DNA of 32,000 nt, taken from the NCBI RefSeq assembly GCF_042660085.1, contig NZ_JBHSTI010000008.1:690001-722000 (forward strand), read 5' to 3'. The DNA comes from Longivirga aurantiaca. Its GTDB lineage: Bacteria; Actinomycetota; Actinomycetes; S36-B12; CAIYMF01. The notes under the pieces are model-generated. The model saw nothing but the letters and a program-made list of their open reading frames with translations, had not been told where the DNA came from and ran no database searches. This document shows positions 8,477 through 16,503 of the stretch, piece by piece (the stretch's first letter is position 1; each line of letters starts with the position of its first letter). The position numbers and the translations under genes are program-made.

Positions 8477-9196
8477 TCAGCCGCGCAGCGCCGTGCTGAA
8501 CAGGGCGTCGATGCGCGCCCAGCTGTCCTCTGCCGCGGTGTCGACGTAGCCGACGTGCAGGACGCGGCGCGACACCGGACGCAGCCACGCCGGCGCGTCC
8601 TTCTCCGAGTGCGTCATGAAGGAGTGCCCGGCGTCCGGGTACTCCTTCACGTCGTGCTCGACCCCGGCGGCGGACAGCGCCCGCTCGAGCTTGGCCGCCG
8701 CGCCGCGCAGGCTGCGGTCCTTCCCGCCGTACGACGCCACCACGGGGCACGCGCCGTCGAAGACCGACTCGAGCCGCTGGGGCAGCTGCCCGTACATCGC
8801 GGCGCTGGCCTCGAAGCCCTGGGTGGCCATGAGCATGGCGAAGGCGCCGCCGAGGCAGAAGCCGGCGATGCCGACGCGGCCGGTCGAGTCCTCGCGCTCG
8901 GCGATCCACTGCCGGGCGGCGTGGATCTCGTCGTACACGCGCCCCTCGCCCGAGTTCATCGAGCGGGCGATGGCCACGAGGCAGCGGGCGCTGCCGGCGT
9001 ACGACATCAGGTCGGGTGCGACCGCGTTGTAGCCGCGTGCGGCGAGGTGGTCGGCAGCCTCGCGCATCGCGTCGGTGAGACCGAACGCCTCGTGGATGAC
9101 GACGACCCCGGGCGCGGGGCCGTCGACCCCCTGCGCGGGGGAGTAGTAGGCGGGGATCGTGCCGAAGCCCGTCACCTCGATGCTCAGATCCGGCAT
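8477..9196 (-). CDS. Dienelactone hydrolase family protein
   Basis: 239 aa. DLH-like layout: PGVVVIHEAFGL, then the nucleophile elbow GIAGFCLGG, and a C-terminal YPDAGHSF histidine motif. Confidence 0.85.
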   Translation of the reverse strand: MPDLSIEVTGFGTIPAYYSPAQGVDGPAPGVVVIHEAFGLTDAMREAADHLAARGYNAVAPDLMSYAGSARCLVAIARSMNSGEGRVYDEIHAARQWIAEREDSTGRVGIAGFCLGGAFAMLMATQGFEASAAMYGQLPQRLESVFDGACPVVASYGGKDRSLRGAAAKLERALSAAGVEHDVKEYPDAGHSFMTHSEKDAPAWLRPVSRRVLHVGYVDTAAEDSWARIDALFSTALRG

Positions 9197-9639
9197 GCCG
9201 TCCCGTCCTGTCCGGCCACCGGTCGGTGGCGGCCCCAGGGTAGGGCGGCTCGGGTCCCGCCGCCGGTCGCCTCATGTCACGTCCCGGAGGCCCTGGGCGG
9301 GCCATGCACGGACCGCGCCCGCAACCTCCACCCGACATCGAGGCTCAACCCGAGGTCGAGGGTTGTGGCGCGGCGCCGCGGGACCGGGTTCGCGCGGCCG
9401 CGTCGGCAGGGTCCGAGGGCCTCGCCGACCGCCTCCGACGGCGAGAGTCACATCACACGATCCGCCGCGTGGCGGGGCGGAACACGGGCACGGCCCACGC
9501 ACGGGACGTGGCCTGGCGCACGTCCCGCGCTGTGGGCAGCCGGTCGACAGGCACGCGGGCGTCCGGATAGCGTCGTGACGTCCTGCGGGGAAGCAGGGCA
9601 CCACGACCGGACCGCCGAGTCCCGTCCACGGCCGTGGTC

Positions 9640-9766
9640 ATCCGCACTTGGACGGGAGCGGGGGACCCACTTCGCCGGCCTGCACGTCGGGCCGGCTCGG
9701 GGTGAAGCCACGAGAGTGGCCGGCCTTCCTCGGGCCGAACCCGACAGCTCACCTCGCAGGCGGCGG
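9640..9766 (+). promoter_or_regulatory. Cyclic-di-AMP riboswitch (ydaO-yuaA class)
   Basis: Conserved core strings occur in the right order: GAGCGGGGGACCCA (9656-9669), GGGGTGAAGCC (9699-9709), CCGAACCCGACAGCTCACCTCGCAGGCG (9735-9762). The closing helix is CCGC (9642-9645) / GCGG (9760-9763). It lies directly upstream of a cell-wall gene, the usual context in Actinobacteria. Confidence 0.8.
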
Positions 9767-9777
9767 AGGAACACGAC

Positions 9778-10674
9778 ATGACCACCGTCATGCCGACCCA
9801 TGCCCGCACGGGCATGGAGCGCACCAGGGCACGAGTCACGTTCGGCGTGCTCTCGGCCGCCCTCGGGCTGTCGCTCCTGACCCCTGCCCCGGCTGGTGCC
9901 GCCCCGCTCGCACCCACCCACCTCGTCGGTGGCGGCGCGTCCGCCTTCGTCGACGACACGGCGTTCCCCGACACGCTGCCGGCCACCGGCACCACGTCCG
10001 CGGCACCGGCGCGCGTCGTCTCGACCGAGGTCCTGCGCGGCGGGCACAACGGCGCGAAGGTGCGCTGGGTCCAGCGCATCCTCGGCCTGCCGCAGACGGG
10101 CTTCTTCGGCCCCGCCACGCGCGACGCCGTCATCCGCTTCCAGGAGGCGCTCGGCGCGACGAAGGGCACCGGCATCGTCGGCCCGATCACGCGACGCCAG
10201 CTCCAGGAGTTCGGCGAGCAGCAGGCGGCCAAGGCCGTGCGCAAGGCCGCCGCGGCCAAGAGGGCCGCCGCCGCTGCCGAGGCCGCCCGCAAGGCCGCTG
10301 CGCGCAAGGCCGCGGAGCAGGCGGCCACCCGGGGCACCACCCGGTCGGCGCCGGCTCCCTCGGCGTCCAACGGCGACCCGACCATGACCGCGGCCGCCCG
10401 CGGCTCGCGTGCCGCGCGCCAGGCCGTGCCGTTCGCGGTGTGGCGCAGCTCCGCCCACGCCCGCATGATCGTGGCGCGCGAGTCCGGTGGCAGCTGCACC
10501 GCGGTGTCGCCCACCGGCGCCTACCGCGGCGCGTGGCAGATGGGCGCCCCGTTCTGGCGCTCGTTCGGCGGCCTCACGTTCGCGCCCACGCCCGACCAGG
10601 CCACCTGCGGCGAGCAGGACTACGTCGCCTACCGCGGCTGGATCGCCGCGTGGTGGTCGCCCTGGGGCGGCTGA
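9778..10674 (+). CDS. Secreted peptidoglycan-binding protein with C-terminal transglycosylase-like (Rpf/Sps-type) domain
   Basis: SD GGAGGA lies 7 nt upstream. It has a signal peptide (VTFGVLSAALGLSLLTPAPAGA) and a PG_binding_1-like repeat (GAKVRWVQRILGLPQTGFFGPATRDAVIRFQ). An Ala/Lys-rich linker follows. The C-terminus ARESGGSCTAVSPTGAYRGAWQM...FW...GG resembles the CESGG...YGGxQF transglycosylase-like fold. Confidence 0.8.
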   Translation: MTTVMPTHARTGMERTRARVTFGVLSAALGLSLLTPAPAGAAPLAPTHLVGGGASAFVDDTAFPDTLPATGTTSAAPARVVSTEVLRGGHNGAKVRWVQRILGLPQTGFFGPATRDAVIRFQEALGATKGTGIVGPITRRQLQEFGEQQAAKAVRKAAAAKRAAAAAEAARKAAARKAAEQAATRGTTRSAPAPSASNGDPTMTAAARGSRAARQAVPFAVWRSSAHARMIVARESGGSCTAVSPTGAYRGAWQMGAPFWRSFGGLTFAPTPDQATCGEQDYVAYRGWIAAWWSPWGG

Positions 10675-10691
10675 GCCTCCGCTCGACCCTC

Positions 10692-10725
10692 CGGCGCCGC
10701 CGGTCCTCCGGGACCGGCGGCGCCG
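10692..10725. terminator. Bidirectional hairpin between convergent genes
   Basis: Perfect 15-bp stem CGGCGCCGCCGGTCC / GGACCGGCGGCGCCG with loop TCCG. It lies between the stops at 10674 (+) and 10733 (-). Confidence 0.6.
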
Positions 10726-10732
10726 TCGTCGT

Positions 10733-11407
10733 TCAGACGCGGGTGCGGACCAGGTCGCGGACGACGTGGCCCTTCTCGACGCCCTGCCGCTCGAACTTCG
10801 TGAGCGGCCGCTCGAGCCGCGGTGCCCAGCCGTCGTAGGGATCGAGGAGCAGCGGCTCGGCGTCGAGCACCTCGCGCATCGCCTCGGCGTACGGCTCCCA
10901 GTCGGTCGCGCAGTGCAGGACTCCGCCCGGCGCAAGGCGCGTGGCCATGAGGTGCACCAGGTCGGGCCGGACGATGCGGCGCTTGTGGTGCCGGGCCTTG
11001 GGCCACGGGTCGGGGAAGAAGACGCGGATCGCGGCGAGCGAGCCCTCGGCCACCCTGTCCGTGAGCAGGTCGACCGCATCGCCGAGCTCGACCCGCACGG
11101 TGGTGAGGCCCCGGCGCTCGATCTCGGCGAGCAGGCGTGCGACGCCCGGGGTGTGGACGTCGACGGCGACGATCCCGGTGCCGGGGTCCTCGAGCGCCAT
11201 CTCGACCGTCGCGTGCCCGAGCCCGAACCCGATCTCCAGCGCCACGGGCAGGCCGCCGAACAGAGTGCCGGTGTCGAGCGGCCCCGGGGGGAGGCCGTGG
11301 CGGGGGAGCAGCGTGGTGACGGCGTCGCGCTGCGCGTCGGTCATCCGCCCCCGCCGCGGATGGAACGTGAGGATGTGCCGGTGCTCCTCGGCCACGTCCT
11401 CCTCCAC
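10733..11407 (-). CDS. trmB: tRNA (guanine46-N7)-methyltransferase
   Basis: 224 aa. SAM-binding LEIGFGLGHATVEMA and the TrmB signature FFPDPWPKARHHKRRIV are present. GTG start. Confidence 0.9.
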   Translation of the reverse strand: MEEDVAEEHRHILTFHPRRGRMTDAQRDAVTTLLPRHGLPPGPLDTGTLFGGLPVALEIGFGLGHATVEMALEDPGTGIVAVDVHTPGVARLLAEIERRGLTTVRVELGDAVDLLTDRVAEGSLAAIRVFFPDPWPKARHHKRRIVRPDLVHLMATRLAPGGVLHCATDWEPYAEAMREVLDAEPLLLDPYDGWAPRLERPLTKFERQGVEKGHVVRDLVRTRV

Positions 11408-11413
11408 GCCCAG

Positions 11414-11419
11414 AGCCTA
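11414..11419 (-). promoter_or_regulatory. Candidate -10 hexamer TAGGCT 6 nt upstream of trmB GTG: predicted leaderless
   Basis: The minus strand reads ggaccTAGGCTctgggcGTGgaggag. No SD. Confidence 0.3.
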
Positions 11420-11464
11420 GGTCCGCCGCTGCGCGGCGCGTGCAGGCATCGTGACGACGTACCG

Positions 11465-11668
11465 CGCCCCCGGCAGGAGCCGTCTCAGGCCGGCGCGCGG
11501 GGGTTCCTCCCGAATCAGCGGAGGGGGTCACTCGCAGAGGGAGGCCCTTCGGGCCTGGAGATCACGTGCCCCCGGCAGGAGCCGTCTCGGGCCGGCGCGC
11601 GGGGGTTCCTCCCGAATCAGCGGAGGGGGTCACTCGCAGAGGGAGGCCCTTCGGGCCTGGAGATCACG
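11465..11668. repeat. Tandem direct repeat, 2 x 102 bp (1 mismatch between copies), abutting the 3' end of tRNA-Arg
   Basis: Copy 1 is 11465-11566 and copy 2 is 11567-11668. They differ internally only at ctcAggcc vs ctcGggcc, plus the first base (c vs t). Each unit opens with GCCCCCGGCAGGA, identical to the 3' end of the adjacent tRNA as read on the + strand. Each unit contains an AGGCCC-TTC-GGGCCT hairpin. Confidence 0.95.
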
Positions 11669-11740
11669 TGCCCCCGGCAGGATTCGAACCTGCGCGCATG
11701 CCTCCGGAGGGCACCGCTCTATCCCCTGAGCTACGGGGGC
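11669..11740 (-). tRNA. tRNA-Arg (anticodon CCG)
   Basis: The reverse complement GCCCCCGTAGCTCAGGGGATAGAGCGGTGCCCTCCGGAGGCATGCGCGCAGGTTCGAATCCTGCCGGGGGCA folds as a 72-nt cloverleaf. It has a 7-bp acceptor stem, T-arm GCAGG-TTCGAAT-CCTGC and anticodon loop CT-CCG-GA. CCA is not encoded. A possible -10 TAGTGT lies at 11755-11760 (minus strand). Confidence 0.92.
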
Positions 11741-11848
11741 CAGGGCAGGCACCGACACTACCAGCGGCCGACGGTGCGCTCGACACGGCCGCTGCGGGCG
11801 ACCGGGCGCGGGCCGGATACGTCGTGAAGCCGCGCGGACCTGCGCCGA

Positions 11849-11854
11849 TAGGCT
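11849..11854 (+). promoter_or_regulatory. Candidate -10 hexamer TAGGCT 7 nt upstream of argS ATG: predicted leaderless
   Basis: gcgccgaTAGGCTcccgcgcATG. No SD. Confidence 0.3.
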
Positions 11855-11861
11855 CCCGCGC

Positions 11862-13529
11862 ATGACGCCCGACCAGATCGCCGCCGAGGTCCGCGCAGCA
11901 GTGCTCGCTGCCGTGGCCGACGGCGAGCTCGCCCTCGACCCCGCGCTCGTCCCGGCCGAGGTCACCGTCGAGCGTCCGCGCAACGCCGACCACGGCGACT
12001 ACGCCACCAACATCGCGCTGCAGCTGGCCAAGCCGGCCGGCACCAACCCGCGCGCGGTGGCCGAGCTCGTGGCCGCCCGCCTGCGGGCCCTCGACGGCGT
12101 CGCGAGCGTCGACATCGCCGGCCCCGGGTTCCTCAACATCACCCTCGACGCCGCCTCGCTCGGCGAGACGGCGCGCACGGTGGTCGTCGCCGGCGACCAG
12201 TACGGCCGGATCGACCGGTACGCCGGCATGCGCTTCAACGTCGAATTCATCTCGGCCAACCCCACGGGCCCGCTGCACCTCGGCCACACCCGCTGGGCCG
12301 CTGTGGGCGATGCGATCGCGCGGGTCCTCGAGGCGGCCGGCGCCGACGCCGAGCGCGAGTTCTACGTCAACGACCGCGGCGTCCAGATGGACAAGTTCGG
12401 CATGTCGCTGGAGGCTCGGGCGCTCGGCACCGACGTGCCCGAGGGCGGCTACCAGGGCGCGTACGTCGACGACCTCGCGCAACAGATCGTGGCGGCCGAC
12501 CCGGGCATCGTGGGCCTGCCCGCCGACGAGCGGATGGTCGCCTTCCGCGAGGCGGGGTACGCCCTGCAGCTGCAGCAGCAGAAGGACACGCTCGACGGCT
12601 TCAACACGCACTTCGACGTCTGGTACTCCGAGCGCACGCTGCACTCCAGCGGCGCCGTCGACCGCGGCTTCGACAAGCTGCGCGAGCAGGGCCACATGTA
12701 CGAGGCCGACGGCGCGGTGTGGCTGCGCACCACCGACTTCGACGACGACAAGGACCGCGTGCTCGTCAAGGCCGACGGCGAGCTCACGTACTTCGCCAGC
12801 GACACGGCGTACTACCTCGACAAGCGCGCCCGCGGTTTCGACGTCTGCATCTACCTGCTCGGCGCCGACCACCACGGCTACGTCAACCGGCTGCGCGCCG
12901 TCGCGGCCTGCGCGGGCGACGACCCCGACCTCAACATCGAGGTGCTCATCGGGCAGCTCGTGAAGATGTACAAGGGCGGCGAGGAGGTTCGGCTCTCCAA
13001 GCGCGCCGGCAACATCATCACGCTCGAGGACCTCGTCGAGGAGGTCGGTGTCGACGCCGCCCGCTACTCGCTCATCCGCTACCCCGTCGACAGCCCGCTG
13101 ACGCTCGACCTCGACCTGCTCGTGCAGCGCAGCAACGACAACCCGGTGTTCTACGTGCAGTACGCGCACGCCCGGATCAGCTCCGTCCTGCGCGGCGCGG
13201 CCGACCTCGGCATCGACTGGCGTGCCGCCGAGCCCGACCTCTCGCTGCTCGACCACGAGCGCGAGACGGCGCTGCTCGGCGCCATCGGCGAGCTGCCGCG
13301 CATCGTCGGGTCGGCGGCCGAGCTGCGCGAGCCGCACCGCGTCGCGCGCTACCTCGAGGAGCTGGCGACGTCGTACCACAAGTTCTACGACGTCTGCCGC
13401 GTGCTGCCGATGAGCGACGCCGAGGTCGAGCCGATCAACGTCGCGCGCCTGTGGCTGTGCGGCGCAGCGCGGCAGACCCTCGCGAACGGCCTCGACATGC
13501 TCGGAGTCAGCGCTCCCGACCGCATGTAG
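11862..13529 (+). CDS. argS: Arginine--tRNA ligase
   Basis: 555 aa. Class I synthetase HIGH-type motif (ANPTGPLHLGHTR), the KMSK-region equivalent (RLSKRAGN) and a DALR-like C-terminal anticodon-binding region. Its position before lysA matches other actinobacteria. Confidence 0.95.
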   Translation: MTPDQIAAEVRAAVLAAVADGELALDPALVPAEVTVERPRNADHGDYATNIALQLAKPAGTNPRAVAELVAARLRALDGVASVDIAGPGFLNITLDAASLGETARTVVVAGDQYGRIDRYAGMRFNVEFISANPTGPLHLGHTRWAAVGDAIARVLEAAGADAEREFYVNDRGVQMDKFGMSLEARALGTDVPEGGYQGAYVDDLAQQIVAADPGIVGLPADERMVAFREAGYALQLQQQKDTLDGFNTHFDVWYSERTLHSSGAVDRGFDKLREQGHMYEADGAVWLRTTDFDDDKDRVLVKADGELTYFASDTAYYLDKRARGFDVCIYLLGADHHGYVNRLRAVAACAGDDPDLNIEVLIGQLVKMYKGGEEVRLSKRAGNIITLEDLVEEVGVDAARYSLIRYPVDSPLTLDLDLLVQRSNDNPVFYVQYAHARISSVLRGAADLGIDWRAAEPDLSLLDHERETALLGAIGELPRIVGSAAELREPHRVARYLEELATSYHKFYDVCRVLPMSDAEVEPINVARLWLCGAARQTLANGLDMLGVSAPDRM

Positions 13530-13539
13530 GGATCCGAGT

Positions 13540-13590
13540 TACTGCCACAGTGGGGTGATAGAACGCGCCAACACCCCGCTGTGGGCAGTA
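13540..13590 (+). other. Long imperfect hairpin in the argS-lysA spacer
   Basis: TACTGCCACAGTGGGGTG (13540-13557) pairs with CACCCCGCTGTGGGCAGTA (13572-13590). That gives about 18 bp with one bulged C and one G-U pair, and a 14-nt loop. No U-tract follows. Confidence 0.5.
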
Positions 13591-13652
13591 GCTCGAGGCA
13601 CGTGGGGTGTCCAGGGGCTGGAACTCCCGGGGGCGGGGGTGAGGCGCGTCGG

Positions 13653-13658
13653 TAGCCT
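13653..13658 (+). promoter_or_regulatory. Candidate -10 hexamer TAGCCT 6 nt upstream of lysA ATG: predicted leaderless
   Basis: cgtcggTAGCCTtgccccATG. No SD. Confidence 0.3.
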
Positions 13659-13664
13659 TGCCCC

Positions 13665-15107
13665 ATGCGCGCACACCCCGCCGGGCCACGCTTCGGCGAG
13701 ATCCTCGCCCCTGCCGGTGCCCCTGCGGCTCCGGCCGACGTCGAGGCGATGCACGCGCTCGACCCCGTCGTGTGGCCGAGCACCGCGGTGCGCTCCGGCG
13801 GCGACGCCCTAGAGCAGCGGGCGGTGACCATCGCGGGCATCGACGTCCGCGACCTCGCCGCCGAGCACGGCACCCCGCTCTACGTCCTCGACGAGGTCGA
13901 CTTCCGGGCTCGGGCGGCGGCCTTCCGCGACGCGTACGCCGACCCCGACGTGCCGGCCGATGTCTTCTACGCGGGCAAGGCCTTCCTCTCGACGATCGTG
14001 GCGCGCTGGGTGCAGGAGGAGGGTCTCGGCCTCGACGTCTGCACCGGAGGCGAGATCCTCACCGCCGTCCGTGCCGGCTTCCCCACCGCCCGCATGGCCT
14101 TCCACGGCAACAACAAGTCGGTGGCCGAGCTCGATCTGGCGCTCGAGCACGGCATCGGCCGGTACGTCGTCGACTCGTTCGAGGAGATCGTCCGGCTCGC
14201 CGCCGCCGCCGAGGCCCGCGGCGTGGTGGCCAAGGTCCTCGTGCGCGTCACCGTCGGCGTCGAGGCGCACACCCACGAGTTCATCGCCACCGCGCACGAG
14301 GACCAGAAGTTCGGGCTCTCGCTCTCGGGCGGTCAGGCCGAGGAGGCCGTACGCCGGATCCTGAAGCTGCCGTCGCTGCGGCTCGTCGGCCTGCACTCGC
14401 ACATCGGCTCGCAGATCTTCGACACCGCCGGGTTCGAGGTGTCGGCCCACCGTCTCGTCGCGCTCGCGGGCAAGGTCCGCGACGAGCACGGCATCGAGGT
14501 GGCCGAGCTCGACCTCGGCGGCGGCATGGGCATCGCCTACGGCTCGGACGACGACCCCATGACGCCGAAGGAGATGGCCGAGCTCCTGCGCGGCATCGTC
14601 GTCCGCGAGTGCCGGGCCCTGGGTCTCGACGTCCCGCGCATCGCCGTCGAGCCCGGACGGGCGATCGTCGGGCCGTCGATGGTCACCGTCTACGAGGTCG
14701 GCACGGTGAAGCAGGTCGACCTCGGCAACGGCCACGTGCGCCAGTACGTGAGCGTCGACGGCGGCATGAGCGACAACATCCGCACCGCGCTGTACGACGC
14801 CGAGTACACCGTGCGGCTCGTCTCCCGCGTGTCCGAGGCCGCTCCGGTCCTCGCGCGCGTCGTCGGGAAGCACTGCGAGAGCGGCGACATCGTCGTCCGC
14901 GACTGCTGGCTGCCCGGCGACCTCGCCCCCGGCGACCTGCTCGGCGTTGCCGCGACCGGCGCCTACTGCCGGGCGATGGCCTCCAACTACAACCACGTGC
15001 CCCGACCTCCGGTGGTCTCGGTCCGCGACGGCGTGAGCCGCGTGGTCGTGCGCCGCGAGACGCCCGACGACCTGCTGGCGCTCGACGCCGGCCTCGAGTC
15101 CGACTGA
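13665..15107 (+). CDS. lysA: Diaminopimelate decarboxylase
   Basis: 480 aa. A PLP-dependent Orn/DAP/Arg decarboxylase fold is recognisable (YAGKAF PLP-Lys region, [20 protein letters not shown]). It lies in the argS-lysA-hom-thrC-thrB order. Confidence 0.95.
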   Translation: MRAHPAGPRFGEILAPAGAPAAPADVEAMHALDPVVWPSTAVRSGGDALEQRAVTIAGIDVRDLAAEHGTPLYVLDEVDFRARAAAFRDAYADPDVPADVFYAGKAFLSTIVARWVQEEGLGLDVCTGGEILTAVRAGFPTARMAFHGNNKSVAELDLALEHGIGRYVVDSFEEIVRLAAAAEARGVVAKVLVRVTVGVEAHTHEFIATAHEDQKFGLSLSGGQAEEAVRRILKLPSLRLVGLHSHIGSQIFDTAGFEVSAHRLVALAGKVRDEHGIEVAELDLGGGMGIAYGSDDDPMTPKEMAELLRGIVVRECRALGLDVPRIAVEPGRAIVGPSMVTVYEVGTVKQVDLGNGHVRQYVSVDGGMSDNIRTALYDAEYTVRLVSRVSEAAPVLARVVGKHCESGDIVVRDCWLPGDLAPGDLLGVAATGAYCRAMASNYNHVPRPPVVSVRDGVSRVVVRRETPDDLLALDAGLESD

Positions 15108-15192
15108 CCAGGCAGTAGCCGCGCCCGGACCTGCGCGGCGCCGCCCCCGGCGGGGGTGGCACGCTAGGCCGGACACCCCCGGAGGGAACCCC

Positions 15193-16503
15193 ATGACGAC
15201 GCCCGACGCGCCGCCCCGCGAGCTCACCGTCGCACTCCTCGGCGGCGGCACCGTCGGCAGCCAGGTCGCCCGCCTTCTCCGCGAGTCCGCCGACGATCTC
15301 GCCGCCCGTGCCGGCGCCGCTCTGCGACTCACGGGCGTCGGCGTGCGCGACGCCGCGAAGCCCCGCGAGGGCATCGCTCCCGAGCTCCTGACCGACGACC
15401 TCGAGGGGCTCGCGTCGTCCGGCGCCGACATCGTCGTCGAGGTCATGGGCGGCATCGAGCCGGCGCGCTCGCTGATCCTCGCCGCGATGGCGGCCGGCTC
15501 CTCGGTCGTCACCGCCAACAAGGCGCTCCTCGCCGAGGACGGCGGCACCCTCCACGCCGCGGCCGAGAAGCACGGCGTCGACCTCTACTACGAGGCCTCG
15601 GTCGCCGGCGCCATCCCGCTGCTGCGACCGCTGCGCGAGAGCCTCGCCGGCGACAAGGTCCGCCGCGTGCTCGGCATCGTCAACGGCACCACGAACTTCA
15701 TCCTCACCAAGATGGACGAGGACGGCGCCGACTACGCCGACGTGCTCGCCGAGGCCCAGGCCCTCGGGTACGCCGAGGCCGACCCGACCGCCGACGTCGA
15801 GGGCTACGACGCCGCAGCCAAGGCCGCGATCCTCGCGGGCCTCGCGTTCCACACCCGGGTGCGGGGCGACGACGTGCACCGCGAGGGCATCACGAGCGTG
15901 TCCGCGCAGGACGTCGCGGCCGCTCGCGACATGGGATTCGTCATCAAGCTCCTCGCCGTCGCCGAGCTGGTCGACGACGAGAAGGGCGTGGTCGTCCGCG
16001 TCCACCCCGCGATGGTCCCGAGGACGCACCCGCTCGCGGGCGTGCGCGGCGCGTTCAACGCGGTCTTCGTCGAGGCCGAGTCGGCCGGCGACATGATGTT
16101 CTACGGCCGTGGCGCCGGCGGAGCGCCCACGGCGTCCGCCGTCCTCGGCGACATCGTGGCCGTGGCGCGGCATCGGCTCGCCGGCTCGCGCGGCCCGGGG
16201 GAGTCGACCTACGCGCACCTCGACGTGCTGCCGATCGGCGACGCCACCACGCGCTACTACGTCAACCTCGACGTCGCCGACCGCCCGGGCGTCCTTGCGG
16301 CGGTGGCCCAGGCGTTCGCCGACAACGGAGTCAGCATCCAGAACGTGCGCCAGGACGGGCACGGCGACGACGCCCGGCTCGTCGTGCGCACGCACACCGC
16401 CGCCGACTCCGCGCTCGCCGCGACGATCGAGCGGCTCCGGTCGAACGACGCCGTGCGCAACGTCGTCGGCGTCATGCGGGTCGAGGGCGAGGACGAGCGA
16501 TGA
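15193..16503 (+). CDS. hom: Homoserine dehydrogenase
   Basis: 436 aa. It has the N-terminal NAD fold [18 protein letters not shown], the catalytic region [12 protein letters not shown] and a C-terminal ACT-like domain. SD GGAGGG is upstream. Confidence 0.95.
   Translation: MTTPDAPPRELTVALLGGGTVGSQVARLLRESADDLAARAGAALRLTGVGVRDAAKPREGIAPELLTDDLEGLASSGADIVVEVMGGIEPARSLILAAMAAGSSVVTANKALLAEDGGTLHAAAEKHGVDLYYEASVAGAIPLLRPLRESLAGDKVRRVLGIVNGTTNFILTKMDEDGADYADVLAEAQALGYAEADPTADVEGYDAAAKAAILAGLAFHTRVRGDDVHREGITSVSAQDVAAARDMGFVIKLLAVAELVDDEKGVVVRVHPAMVPRTHPLAGVRGAFNAVFVEAESAGDMMFYGRGAGGAPTASAVLGDIVAVARHRLAGSRGPGESTYAHLDVLPIGDATTRYYVNLDVADRPGVLAAVAQAFADNGVSIQNVRQDGHGDDARLVVRTHTAADSALAATIERLRSNDAVRNVVGVMRVEGEDER

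Noticed and set aside
9159-9604. ORFs 9159..9578 (+), 9274..9570 (+) and 9272..9604 (-) in the hydrolase/riboswitch divergent region
   Set aside because: They use many A/T-ending codons compared with neighbouring genes, are Arg/Pro-rich, and have no SD or motifs. I treated the region as non-coding regulatory DNA.
9448-11079. 543-aa and 353-aa minus-strand ORFs, plus 9648..10838 (+) and 10487..11827 (+)
   Set aside because: They are shadows of the PG-binding protein gene and trmB. They also cross the riboswitch, a terminator hairpin and the tRNA/repeat region.
11465-11668. Possible CRISPR array or integrated mobile element at the tRNA
   Set aside because: There are only two long (102 bp) contiguous units with no unique spacers, so it is not CRISPR. 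No integrase, transposase or other mobile-element gene lies within reach; trmB and argS flank the site directly. At most it is a scar or a local amplification.
11451-11729. 92-aa + strand ORF with an internally duplicated peptide, plus 11566..11865
   Set aside because: The duplicated peptide is simply the translation of the 2 x 102-bp DNA repeat. The ORF also runs into the tRNA-Arg gene. It is not a gene.
11664-13379. 571-aa minus-strand ORF
   Set aside because: It is antisense to argS, which is unambiguous. Its composition is Val/Asp/Gly/Arg-rich shadow.
13530-13664. Lysine riboswitch (L-box) upstream of lysA, or a T-box/leader upstream of argS (11741-11861)
   Set aside because: I could not find the conserved L-box core elements in the 135-nt spacer, and it is too short. 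The argS upstream region is about 120 nt, is shared with the tRNA promoter, and ends in a leaderless-type -10. There is no T-box specifier or antiterminator architecture.
13658-16395. ORFs 13658..15118 (+, 486 aa), 13809..15548 (-, 579 aa) and 14683..16395 (-, 570 aa)
   Set aside because: These are frame-shifted or antisense shadows of lysA and hom. Their products are dominated by Arg/Pro/Gly/Asp runs.
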